A stretch of DNA of 64,000 nucleotides, taken from positions 5,268 through 69,267 of IMG/VR virus record IMGVR_UViG_3300045988_126190; one strand, given 5' to 3'. The stretch comes from a virus. Within the stretch, counting starts at the first letter, position 1; each line of letters opens with the position of its first letter. The notes under the pieces were generated by a model. The model searched no databases. It was not told the origin of the DNA and was given only the letters and a program-made list of their open reading frames with translations. Of the stretch, positions 53,875-63,700 are shown one piece after another. The translations under genes and the position numbers were made by a program.

Positions 53875-55197
53875 ATGAGTTTGCAGGACAATATCAAAAA
53901 CGGGCTGCTGACTGGTGGCGGCATTCTCGGCTTTTCTTCGAGAAACCAGCCCGCAGAGTACAAGGACCGCGCACATCCGTATTTTTCGGACGCGACACGC
54001 GCCTTTGTGGAGGAGCGGGCGCAGTATGCCTCGGATTTTTTCACGGCAAAGACGGTAGGGCTTGACCCGAATGACCCGCTGCGGGAAATCTCCGTGCAGC
54101 TGCGGATGGCCAATGTGGTTCGTCCGTCCGCCGCCATCCAGCGCGCCTTTGACGATTTCAAGGAGGTTCTGCTGGCAAACCCCGAATACGACTACATCCG
54201 GCAAGGGACGAAATTTTTCGTCGAGGGAAGCTGGTGGCTGGCGTACAACCCGGACAATATTTCCAGTGTGAGCGCCAGCGGCATCATTCGCCGGTGCAAC
54301 GCGACTTGGAATTTTCTGGACTACTACGGCAACCTCCACCGCGAGCCGATTTGTGTGGAGGCGACGCACGCCAACGCCAACGCGCCGGATTCGCAGCAGG
54401 CGGTTGTTGTGCCGTCCGGCTATTTCAATGTGGTTTGCCAGTATAACGAATACACGGCGCAGATCAACGACAACACGCGGCTGATTCTGGGGTCGAGAGT
54501 CTACAGCGTGAGCGGCTTCAGCGACTTTGAAACGGAATTCACGGAGGACGATTCGTCGGTGCGGCTTCTGCGCTTCTCGGTACGCGTGGGAGAACCGAAC
54601 CACGACATCGATGATATGGCGCGTCGCGTCGCCGGAGCGAAAACCTTCTCTTGGGCGCTCGACGTGTTCGGCGCGACGCAGCTCTACGTCGGCGACGCAG
54701 CCAAACTGGCGGTCGCCTCGCGGAGAAACGGCGAGACCGTAGAGAACACACGGGAGCATCCTATCGACTACCGGTTTGAAAGCCGTGACCGGGACATTGT
54801 GACGGTTGACCGAGACGGGAATCTCAAAGCGGCGGCTGCGGGAGCGACGGAAATTCTGGTTTCCCTCGCGCAGAATCCGGAGGTCAAGACCGTGTTCCGC
54901 GTTACCGTGAGCGAGGCACAGGAGCCGTTTGTGGCATTTGATGCCGTGCCGCCTGCCTCTATGGACGCATACGGCGTTCCTGTTTCGCTCAGGGCAGCGT
55001 ATTTTGAGAACGGAGTGGAAACGGACGCGGCGGTGCAATGGGCGTTTACAGGCGCAAATAACGCCGCCTACAGCGCCGAGGTCGCAGGGAACGCGGTGAT
55101 GCTCCGGTGCTGGGCGGGCAGCGTTACTCCGCTGACTGTGACGGCAATGTGCAACGGCAGGAGCGTGAGCGCAGAAATTGCCCTTCTTGGGCTTTAA
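53875..55197 (+). CDS. virion protein with C-terminal Ig-like (Big_2-like) repeats
   Basis: DIVTVDRDGNLKAAAAGATEILV and a second Ig-like unit. Confidence 0.55.
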   Translation: MSLQDNIKNGLLTGGGILGFSSRNQPAEYKDRAHPYFSDATRAFVEERAQYASDFFTAKTVGLDPNDPLREISVQLRMANVVRPSAAIQRAFDDFKEVLLANPEYDYIRQGTKFFVEGSWWLAYNPDNISSVSASGIIRRCNATWNFLDYYGNLHREPICVEATHANANAPDSQQAVVVPSGYFNVVCQYNEYTAQINDNTRLILGSRVYSVSGFSDFETEFTEDDSSVRLLRFSVRVGEPNHDIDDMARRVAGAKTFSWALDVFGATQLYVGDAAKLAVASRRNGETVENTREHPIDYRFESRDRDIVTVDRDGNLKAAAAGATEILVSLAQNPEVKTVFRVTVSEAQEPFVAFDAVPPASMDAYGVPVSLRAAYFENGVETDAAVQWAFTGANNAAYSAEVAGNAVMLRCWAGSVTPLTVTAMCNGRSVSAEIALLGL

Positions 55198-55211
55198 GGA
55201 GGCGGCGCGAG

Positions 55212-55415
55212 ATGAAGCACACCTGTCCCTATGCGACGAGAAAACCGGGAAGCGCAAGCCTATACTGCAAGCTGTTAGTTGAGGCTAACAAGCCGTTCCC
55301 CTACTGCGCACATCAATACCTGTGCCGCATTACAAACCGCTGGGAGAACACAGAAATGTCGAGAGATTGCCCGGTTCGACCAGATATAATAGAGCGTGAC
55401 CATACCAGAGCTTAA
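55212..55415 (+). CDS. Cys-rich small protein
   Basis: AAGGAGG RBS. 67 aa. Confidence 0.5.
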   Translation: MKHTCPYATRKPGSASLYCKLLVEANKPFPYCAHQYLCRITNRWENTEMSRDCPVRPDIIERDHTRA

Positions 55416-55430
55416 AAGGAGGAAAAACGT

Positions 55431-56012
55431 ATGGAGCAAATGTTCGATATCATTCAGGCGCTCAAGGGAGCGCGCGACTATGTGCCGCACAAGGAAAAGG
55501 CGGCGTTTATCGCACAGTGTGCGGGGCGATGCTTTGACAAGCTGCAAATCACCGCAGACGGCATTGTGCCGCTTCCGGACGTTTACAAGGAAAACGTGGC
55601 GATGAAGGAGCGGTATCTGCTGGCGGCTTTGCTACGGCTCTATCTCGGCGTTCCGGTCGAGGCTGCCAGCACAGAGGCTGACCCATGGCTGATGAGCGAC
55701 GCGGAGTATGACAAATGGGCGGCACTGCACATTGAAAGCCAGATTCAGCGGACGAAGGGCGATTCCGAGCTTAGAAACCGCTGCTACGATCTGCTGGGCG
55801 ACTACTGGTCCTTGGGGCGGCAGTTCAGCGCGGAGATCAGCGGGATGCTGGCGGCAATGAACGACCCCATCACCAGAATCATGGCTTCTATTAAGGCCGG
55901 AGTTACCCCGGAGCGCGTGCAGGAGCTGGCCGAGAGCGTGAAAAAGCTCGAAAGCGACCTGAAGGGCTACGACGGACGCTCGGCATCGAAGGGACGGAAC
56001 GCCAATGACTGA
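55431..56012 (+). CDS. hypothetical virion protein
   Basis: 193-aa ORF. Confidence 0.6.
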   Translation: MEQMFDIIQALKGARDYVPHKEKAAFIAQCAGRCFDKLQITADGIVPLPDVYKENVAMKERYLLAALLRLYLGVPVEAASTEADPWLMSDAEYDKWAALHIESQIQRTKGDSELRNRCYDLLGDYWSLGRQFSAEISGMLAAMNDPITRIMASIKAGVTPERVQELAESVKKLESDLKGYDGRSASKGRNAND

Positions 56013-56700
56013 TTTTTCCAGTCCCTACTATCCCTACGAAAAGGTAAACGAGGGCTATAACAGCTTTGACGGCGCGGAGCTGATTCCATATCAGATTCTT
56101 TCTTATCTGATGGATATGGAGGATGCCCACGGCTATGTTCCCGTGGACGACAACGCAAGACCGCGCGTCCGGCTGATGAAATATCTTTACCACGACGGAG
56201 CGAATCCCTTGGCACAGCCGCTCCCGACCGGCGCAGAGAAGCGGTCGATCTTGTTTGACGCGAACGAGCCGGTTTTGAACACCGACGAGCAGAAGGCCAA
56301 GCATCCGAAGGGCTACCGCCTGTTTGCACAGCAATACTGGCAGCAAGCGGAGTTGACGGCAAGGACGCTGATGAAGTGCTATGTGGGGCGCGTGATTCCC
56401 TACTCCCCTTTTCAGGCTTCAATTGGGCTGATTTTTGAGCTTTGCACCTTCTATGGGATGGACGCAGTGACAAAAACGACCGCCTATTCCAAACTCTACG
56501 CAATGGAATGCGCGCTGCTGGCGGCCCTGCACGGGGTGAACATTACCGGCATCGGCGTGGTCAATTTTGACCGCAGGATGCACATTGACGCGGGGTCACA
56601 GCCCTATCGTGACGACGGGTCGCACCTGTACCGCGTCGTGAAACTGTCCATCGACTGGATGGAAAGCAAAAGCGAGGGCACCGTATCGGCTTGCCGGTGA
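56005..56700 (+). CDS. hypothetical virion protein
   Basis: 231-aa ORF. Confidence 0.6.
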   Translation: MTDFSSPYYPYEKVNEGYNSFDGAELIPYQILSYLMDMEDAHGYVPVDDNARPRVRLMKYLYHDGANPLAQPLPTGAEKRSILFDANEPVLNTDEQKAKHPKGYRLFAQQYWQQAELTARTLMKCYVGRVIPYSPFQASIGLIFELCTFYGMDAVTKTTAYSKLYAMECALLAALHGVNITGIGVVNFDRRMHIDAGSQPYRDDGSHLYRVVKLSIDWMESKSEGTVSACR

Positions 56701-56722
56701 CGGAGCATTTCGCCAAGCGCTG

Positions 56723-56804
56723 CGGCCGCGAAGGGGCGGCCGTTGAGAGCAAAGAGGCTCATTGACACAGGAAACTGTGCCGATGGGTCTCTTTTCGTTG
56801 TTTT
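56723..56804 (+). terminator. hairpin + GAGCAAAGAGGCTC + terminator (copy 2)
   Basis: CGGCCGC/GCGGCCG hairpin. 14-mer at 56747-56760. Same long stem as copy 1. Confidence 0.6.
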
Positions 56805-56840
56805 ACAAACAATTTTTGGTTCATCGGAAGGAGAGTTAGA

Positions 56841-57695
56841 TTGGACAAACTTCCATGGAATATTCAGCGAGCAATCGCTAGGTATGAGCCGATTGCCTTT
56901 GAAAATGCCACGCTCTTTCCCATCACAATGGAAGAATACGAGGAATTTACCGTGGCGCGGCAGGCAATCGAGTTCATGCAGCAGCAATTTAAGGACGTAA
57001 GACTGATGTCGATGCCGATTTTGCAAGCGTATTACGAGGTGGACAGCGCACTTGCAGCACGCGGAGAGCCGACGACCAATTTGTTCTTCTGTTCGCTTTT
57101 GTCCCTTGCGCTGGCTTTTAGGCTTGCACAGGGCAAGGACATCAACGAACGGGTGCAGCAGATTCAAATCGCGCTCTCCCCCGACGGCAGGAAGACGCTC
57201 AAATGTCTGCGGATTCCGCTTTCGGATGGGTCTTACGCCGAAATCACACCTGCCAAGTTTCAGAAACTTCGCGCAATCATTGCCGCACAAAACGGCTTGG
57301 AACTCGAAGCGGACGAGGCAAACCCCGACCTTGTGCAGTCCAAGCGCGACATGCAGTCGAACAACGCTCCGGCTCTGGATGCCCGCATTGAAATTTTCGT
57401 TTCTTCCGTTGCCGCCCTGTCAAGCACGGAGGAGGAGGAGATTTACCGCTGGCCAATCCTGAAGTTTGAGCGCCGCGCGGCTGCAATCAAACGCGCAATG
57501 GACTACATGATCTACACCACAGCGGAATTACAGGGGACAAAGTGGAAGGGCGGAAACCCGACACCGAATCCTTGGTTTGACCGCAAGAGCAATGACCTTG
57601 GGCTCATCGCTATGGGCGAATTCACCAATGGACAGGCTGTACAAACGCAGAGCGGCGGTTTTGCGCCGCCGCTTCCGACCACATCACAAGATTAA
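56841..57695 (+). CDS. hypothetical virion protein
   Basis: TTG start after GGAAGGAG. Confidence 0.55.
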   Translation: MDKLPWNIQRAIARYEPIAFENATLFPITMEEYEEFTVARQAIEFMQQQFKDVRLMSMPILQAYYEVDSALAARGEPTTNLFFCSLLSLALAFRLAQGKDINERVQQIQIALSPDGRKTLKCLRIPLSDGSYAEITPAKFQKLRAIIAAQNGLELEADEANPDLVQSKRDMQSNNAPALDARIEIFVSSVAALSSTEEEEIYRWPILKFERRAAAIKRAMDYMIYTTAELQGTKWKGGNPTPNPWFDRKSNDLGLIAMGEFTNGQAVQTQSGGFAPPLPTTSQD

Positions 57696-57708
57696 GGAGT
57701 TGAATTAT

Positions 57709-58839
57709 ATGGGACTTCCTTCCTTTACTGACCAGAGCATTTATCTTCAGGGCACTTGTAAAGCAATGTGCCTCGACCCCAAGACCGGCAATGTGGACTA
57801 CTATTCCGACAAGTTCTCCACCGCCAACGTGACCACCTCCAACAACGAAAACATCATCCGCTCCGGCCTCGGCAACGGCATTGCGACCATCATTCCGACC
57901 GACTGCGACGTTTCCGTTGACTTCGCTTCCGACGCGTTCTCCCTGTGGGCGAAATCCGCCAACGTCGGCGCGAGGCTTTCCTTCGGCGCTCCGGTGCTGA
58001 CCTGCACGACTGCAACCGCAACCGGAAACACGCTCAAGGCGGACATCACCAAGGGCACCCCTGTCGCCGGTATTGCCCGTAACGCCATCGAGTGCTACGT
58101 GCAGGAGGTCGGCGCAGCCGCTCCCGTCGCTACGACCGGAGCCGCGTACCAGATCAGCCCGACGGACGGCACCATCTCCGGCTTCACCGCAGTCAGCGGC
58201 AAGAGCTACAAGGTGTTCTACTACATCAGCACGGCGCGCGCCCAGATGGCGGCAATTCCGAGCCAGTTCAACCCGCGCGTCGAGTATTTCACCGCGCAGA
58301 TTGCCGGTTATCGCAACGTTAACGCGGCGAACAACAGCGGTACCCGCGCCGGTTGGCTGTATGTCATCATTCCGCTGCTGAAGTTCGGCGGCGCAAACGG
58401 CGGCATTGACGGCTCCCAGACCGCGCACGACACCACCCACCTTGTCGGACGCGCCCTTACTCCCGAGGAAGCGGTTGTTACCGATTCCTGCGAGGACTGC
58501 GGCGGCACCGGCTCGAGCGTGGCGTACTATGTTTGGGTCGAGGACGACGCTTCTGCCAACATCGATGGGCTTGTTCTCATCGGCGGCGTTGTTTCCGTTC
58601 CCAAGGGCGGCAAGGCGAAGGCCAACTTCCTGCTGGCGATGGCAGACGGCTCTCTCATGACCCCCGACCCTGCCTTTATGAGCTACGAGCTGACGACCGC
58701 GCCCACGGGCGTTACGGTGGACAATTCCGGCGTTCTGACCGCTACTGCCAGCGCTACCGGCGACGGAGAGCTGACCGGCACTTACACCGACGGCAGCACG
58801 ACCTTCACTCTCGCGGTGAACGTTACCGTTACCGCCTGA
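57709..58839 (+). CDS. probable major tail protein with Ig-like C-terminus
   Basis: AAGGAG RBS. 376 aa. Position upstream of the tape measure. Confidence 0.5.
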   Translation: MGLPSFTDQSIYLQGTCKAMCLDPKTGNVDYYSDKFSTANVTTSNNENIIRSGLGNGIATIIPTDCDVSVDFASDAFSLWAKSANVGARLSFGAPVLTCTTATATGNTLKADITKGTPVAGIARNAIECYVQEVGAAAPVATTGAAYQISPTDGTISGFTAVSGKSYKVFYYISTARAQMAAIPSQFNPRVEYFTAQIAGYRNVNAANNSGTRAGWLYVIIPLLKFGGANGGIDGSQTAHDTTHLVGRALTPEEAVVTDSCEDCGGTGSSVAYYVWVEDDASANIDGLVLIGGVVSVPKGGKAKANFLLAMADGSLMTPDPAFMSYELTTAPTGVTVDNSGVLTATASATGDGELTGTYTDGSTTFTLAVNVTVTA

Positions 58840-58948
58840 TATCCCCAAAACAAAGCCCACGACCTCATTTTTGGGGTCGTGGGCGTACGCGAACCTGAAA
58901 GGGCTATCCTTTTGGGCTGGCGCATAAAAACCGCGTGGAGGGGAAAAT

Positions 58949-59386
58949 ATGGGCTTACATGAGGACATCCTCCTGTTCCGCACTCGCCTCAACGCCGCAA
59001 TCGATGACGCGATGCAGACGGACGTTGCGGAGGCGGCGAAGCAGCGGCTTGCGGACACCGCGCAGGAATTGGTCTATGACGCGTATGAACCGGCGTTTCG
59101 CGACCGCTGGTACGACGACGGCGGCTTGCTGGACACGACGGAGAACGTGATGGAGACGCACTACAATCCTGCTGATTTGGAGCTGGAAATCGTCGATAAT
59201 CCGCCATGGCACGACGGGGACGATGAGAGCACGGCGGGGATTCCGCTGACAGAGGCAGTGGAAAAGGGCGTTTTAATGGGCGGCGCCGGTCCGCGACCGT
59301 TTGTTGCAGAGGCGGAGCACCGCTTTGCCGCAAGCGGCGAATTTTCGGAGGCGCTCATGGCCGGGCTGCGGCGAAACGGATTTTAA
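58949..59386 (+). CDS. hypothetical tail/neck protein
   Basis: 145-aa ORF. Confidence 0.55.
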   Translation: MGLHEDILLFRTRLNAAIDDAMQTDVAEAAKQRLADTAQELVYDAYEPAFRDRWYDDGGLLDTTENVMETHYNPADLELEIVDNPPWHDGDDESTAGIPLTEAVEKGVLMGGAGPRPFVAEAEHRFAASGEFSEALMAGLRRNGF

Positions 59387-59410
59387 TTCGTTTTCTTGTT
59401 TGCTCGATTC

Positions 59411-60094
59411 TTATTCCTGCCCACTTTGGTACATCATGTCTACAAAGGTTTCAATCCCGTCAACGTGTTCAAGCAGGTTCGCCTTCGGTGCCTGCTTCAT
59501 TGGGTCTAAAATAAAATCAATGCCGCTCCTGCGAGCAATTTTAGCAACAGGAAGGAAATCACTATCTCCTGCGATTAACACGATCTGGTTCGCAAGTTTC
59601 CCTGCGGCAATCGAAGCTGCATCAAGCCCAATTCGCATGTCGACACCTTTTTGTTTTACGTCCAAACGGAAATCCCAATCGGTAAGGTCGGACACCGCCC
59701 GGCGACCGCTAAGAAGGTCAGATACGACAGAAGGCTTAAGTATGAATTCAGCCTGATTTTCAGCTAATTCCCCGCGTCGAATTGCAACCTTTCTTTTTGC
59801 TGCCAGTTTTTCAAAAAAGTCTCGCGTCCATTTCGTTCCGGCACCACGAGAAAAGTCAATTGCATTTCCTGTTAACGGATGGACGATTTGTCTCGTCATT
59901 CCGGGGCAGTCGTAATAGAATATTCGGTAGAGATCGCGCGGCTCATCCGGTTCAGAAATATGCAAAAAACAATAATGGAATAGCTCATTTGCACGTTCTT
60001 CTGCGCTTTTTGTTCCCCACAAGGCGGCCGCGCGCTTGCGATAGTACCCGCCGTCTACCAAAATGGCAGTTTTTCTTATCTCTTTCTGATTCAT
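59411..60094 (-). CDS. NYN (LabA/DUF88-like) domain protein
   Basis: AILVDGGYY ... GVDMRIGLD ... IVLIAGDSDFLPV. Opposite strand and visibly AT-richer than its flanks. Confidence 0.75.
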   Translation of the reverse strand: MNQKEIRKTAILVDGGYYRKRAAALWGTKSAEERANELFHYCFLHISEPDEPRDLYRIFYYDCPGMTRQIVHPLTGNAIDFSRGAGTKWTRDFFEKLAAKRKVAIRRGELAENQAEFILKPSVVSDLLSGRRAVSDLTDWDFRLDVKQKGVDMRIGLDAASIAAGKLANQIVLIAGDSDFLPVAKIARRSGIDFILDPMKQAPKANLLEHVDGIETFVDMMYQSGQE

Positions 60095-60357
60095 TGTCTG
60101 CTCCTTTCAAAAAATAAAACCTATGAGTCCGGATTCTCCCGAAAGGTGGAAGCCCTCGCCCATAGGTTTGATAAAACACAACAAGGTAACCTTGATGCAA
60201 CTGTATTATATTCGATCTGCGCCAAAAAGTCAACCCAATTTTGAGCAAAATGCTCCAAATTTGCACATTGGGCTTCAATACGCACGACAATAATTGCCTG
60301 CGCTTCGGCGCTTTTAATAAAAAACGCCTGATTCGTTATCCATTTTATTATATTCCC

Positions 60358-60387
60358 TTGACTTAGTTGCTAGCAATGCTGTATACT
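60358..60387 (+). promoter_or_regulatory. promoter with operator GTTGCTAGCAAT
   Basis: TTGACT-18-TATACT. The TTGCTAGCAA palindrome at 60367-60376 matches 7533-7544. Confidence 0.6.
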
Positions 60388-60414
60388 GGTTCCAGAAAGC
60401 CAGGAGGTAGCAGT

Positions 60415-60600
60415 ATGGAGCGGAAAAGTCGCGCAGATTACTATCGGAAACGACGGGAGGCAATCGGGCAATTCAGCGTTCCGATGCCGCGAGATAAGCT
60501 GGAAGCGCTCACGAAGAAGCTGAAGGCCGAGGGAAAGACCAAAACAATGTGGCTGACCGAGAAAATCGACGAGGAAATCGGCACAAAGCACGAAGAATAA
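60415..60600 (+). CDS. ribbon-helix-helix regulator
   Basis: AGGAGG RBS. FSVPMPRDKLEALTKKLKAEGKTKTMWLTEKI. Confidence 0.6.
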   Translation: MERKSRADYYRKRREAIGQFSVPMPRDKLEALTKKLKAEGKTKTMWLTEKIDEEIGTKHEE

Positions 60601-60630
60601 AGGAAAACACAAAAAGAATATTGCAGCGCG

Positions 60631-60707
60631 GTCACAGGCTGGTGACTGCAAGGAGCAAAGAGGCTCGGAAAACGGAGAAAAACCGTTTTTCGGGGCTTTT
60701 TTTGTTT
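60631..60707 (+). terminator. hairpin + GAGCAAAGAGGCTC + terminator (copy 3)
   Basis: GTCAC/GTGAC hairpin. Identical 14-mer at 60653-60666. Stem followed by TTTTTTT. Confidence 0.55.
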
Positions 60708-60730
60708 CCTACGTCAAATGATAGGTAGGT

Positions 60731-63700
60731 ATGTCTATGGAAAGTGTAAAATTAACAGTCCAAGTCGTTGATGCGCAGCTGACGCAGCTGGAAAACCGGG
60801 TCAATGCGCTCAAAAACACGCCAATCTCGCTGAAAATCAACGCCACCGGACTGGACAAGGCGACCAAGGATACGACCGCGCTTATCAAGGCCTGCACAAA
60901 GCTCGTTGAGGCGCAGGTGCAGGTCACGAAGGCGGAAAACGCGCTGGAAAAGCAGCGGCTTTCGACCGAGGCTTCGGCAAACCGGGCAAGGACGGCGGAG
61001 GCAAACCTCGCAAAGCAGCACGCGGCGACCGCGACAGAGCAGGCGCGGCTTGCCACGCAGCAGGAAAAGACGGCCACTGCGGCGAAAAACCTTGAAATTC
61101 AGCAGGAAAAGACGAATACGGCGGTTGCGAAGGGCGAGGCTTCGGCAAACCGGGCAAGCCTCGGCTTCAGTACGCTGTTGTCAACCTATCTCCAATTTGC
61201 GGCGATCTCTGCGGTAAGAAGCGGGATTTCGGACGCATTTGAGACCATGAAGGATGTTGACACGCAGATTATCAACATTCAGAAGGTCACGGACGCGACG
61301 GATGCGGCGATGGACACGCTTTCCGAACGCGCATATTCCACCGCGTCGAAGTACGGCGTGGCGGCAAATGAATACCTTGCCGCTGCGGCAGCCTTTGCTA
61401 AGGCCGGTTACTCCAACTATGAGGAGCTGGCAGAGCTGGCGACGAAAACGCAGCTCGTCGGTGACGTGACGGCTGATGTTGCGTCGAAATTCCTGCTCTC
61501 TGCGGATGCGGCATACAAATTCGGCGGAAACGCGGATGAGCTGGCGACCGTTCTTGACAAGGCCAACGTGATTGAAAACAATTACGCCACCTCGATTGAA
61601 AAGATGGCGGCAGGCTTCCCGAACGTCGCCTCCACAGCCTCGATGGCGAAGGTTTCCATTGATGAGCTGATGGCGGCGCTCGGCACGGTCACGGCGGTCA
61701 CGCAGGAGAGCGGCGAAAAGGCCTCCTATGCGCTGCGCTCTCTGTTTTTGAATATCCTCGGTGACGTCGGCGCGGAAATTGACGAAACCACGAAGGTCAC
61801 TGCGGACAGCGTGAACACCCTTTGGGGCGTTATCTCGAAATATGCCGACGAATCGCTGATTGCGGCGCACAACGCCGGGGAGCTTATCGACCCGATGGAA
61901 GCGATTAAGGCGCTTTCCGAGGCGCAGAAGGACAATCTGCTGGAAGAAGCAGACCTGATGCAAATCGTTATGGCGCTCGGCGGCAAGCTGCGCACGAACC
62001 AGTTAAACGCCCTCATTTCCAACTACGACATGTACGAGGAAATGCTCTCGCAGATCAAGACCGCAACCGGCAGCGCCGACCAAGAGGTTGCAACCATGAG
62101 CAAGAGCTGGGAGGCAAGCCTCAAGCGGCTCAGAAACACATGGACACAGTTTGTTTCGCATGTGGTCAGCAGCGATACCCTTGTGAACGGGATCAAGTTT
62201 CTCGAAAAGCTGGTCAAGCTACTGGATAACGGCTTTGTCGCGCTAATTGCAAAGGTCGTTCTTCTCACTTCTGTCATCAAGCCGCTGTCGTCCGGCATTG
62301 CGAAACTGATTGTCGGCTTCAAGAATACTCTCGGCGCTGTAAAGAATCTGCCTCGCTATCTTCAGCTTCTTGGTGCTTCCGAAAAAGAACTCGAAGCGGT
62401 TGGACTTAGTGCTGCTGGTGCGCAAACTGCACTCAGTGTAGCGATTAGCGGGGTCCTTGTCGTCATCACGGGCGCCATCATGCTACATACTAAACTAAAG
62501 CAGGAAGCGGCAGAAACCGCCGAGAAACTTCAAGCTTCCGCTAATGCAGCTCGCGAAGATGCAGAGGAAAGTGCCAACGCTGTAGAAAAACTCATTGAAC
62601 TCCGTGGTGCTTATGAGCAGTCTAAAACGAAAGGCGACGTTGCAACAGAGGCTGCGAAAAACCTTGCCGAGGCCCTGAAAGAGGTTGGAATTTCCGCAGA
62701 CGGGGCGAAAGAATCTCTTTCCGGCTACGCTGATGAGGCAATCCGCAGCAATATAGAATCTGGGCTGAAAGAAGCCAGAAACGCAAAATCTAAAGCTACA
62801 GCGGCCCTGTATCATGAAGCTTCGACTGGCAGATCGGGGGAAAGCTCGGTTGCGTTTGATATGTTACGCGCCCTCGGCATTCAAGGCGACAAGAACTACG
62901 ACGAAAGATTCTTTTCTGGTTCGACCGCATTTGCGAACCTTCGTAACGCCAAGGAAAACGAACAGCTAATTCTACAGTATTATGATTGGCTTGTCGGCAT
63001 GAGCGAAGAGGTCGCAAATCTTGCTGAGGCTGACCCTGCAATATGGAACAAATATGCGGTCAAGGGTTTAATGGACGCAATTTCATCCCTCGAACCCGCT
63101 GTCACGACTTATCGAGAATCTACGGCAACGGAAGCTTCTTTTTACGGAATGCAGGCCGCATATCAAACCGCAATCCGTAGCGCTGAAGAATATAACAGAA
63201 AAATCGAAACCGTTTCCAATAACGAGGCGCTTTCTTCGGAGTACAGAGAGAACTACATCTCCACCCTTCAGGCGCTTTATCCGGAATATGCCGCGCAGGC
63301 AGAAGCAATTGACGAAGTAACCAGCGCCGCAGACGCTTCCAATGCGAGCGGCAAGAGGTTTATCGACACCCTGTTTGACGAAAAGGGCGCATTGAAGGAT
63401 TCTGCGGCGGCAACGCTGGAGGCCAACGGTGCCTTGCAGCAGATGGCCACCACCCAAGCCAAGGAGGATTGGGACGCCGCGACCGAGCACTTTAACAGTC
63501 TTGTTGAAAGCCTCGGCGGCGAGGACAGTGCCCTCGTCGTTAAGGCCCTTGAGCTTATCAGTTTGGGCAGTGAGGCGGCTGAAGCAGAGCTCGCCAAAAT
63601 GGGAGACGCCGGCAAGGATGTCGGAGACGCGATGCAACTGCTTGGCTCTGCGCTTGACGACGCGAACGCCAAGCAGGAGCTCTACAATATCATCACCAAG

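Noticed and set aside
52974-59058. Minus-strand ORFs 52974..54161, 53800..55257 and 57622..59058
   Set aside because: They are shadow ORFs opposite the endolysin, Ig-domain and tail genes, have no translation signals, and would break the operon logic.
58949-60730. Tail assembly chaperone pair with programmed -1 frameshift upstream of the tape measure
   Set aside because: No overlapping ORF pair or slippery heptamer was found. The space is occupied by the NYN and RHH genes.
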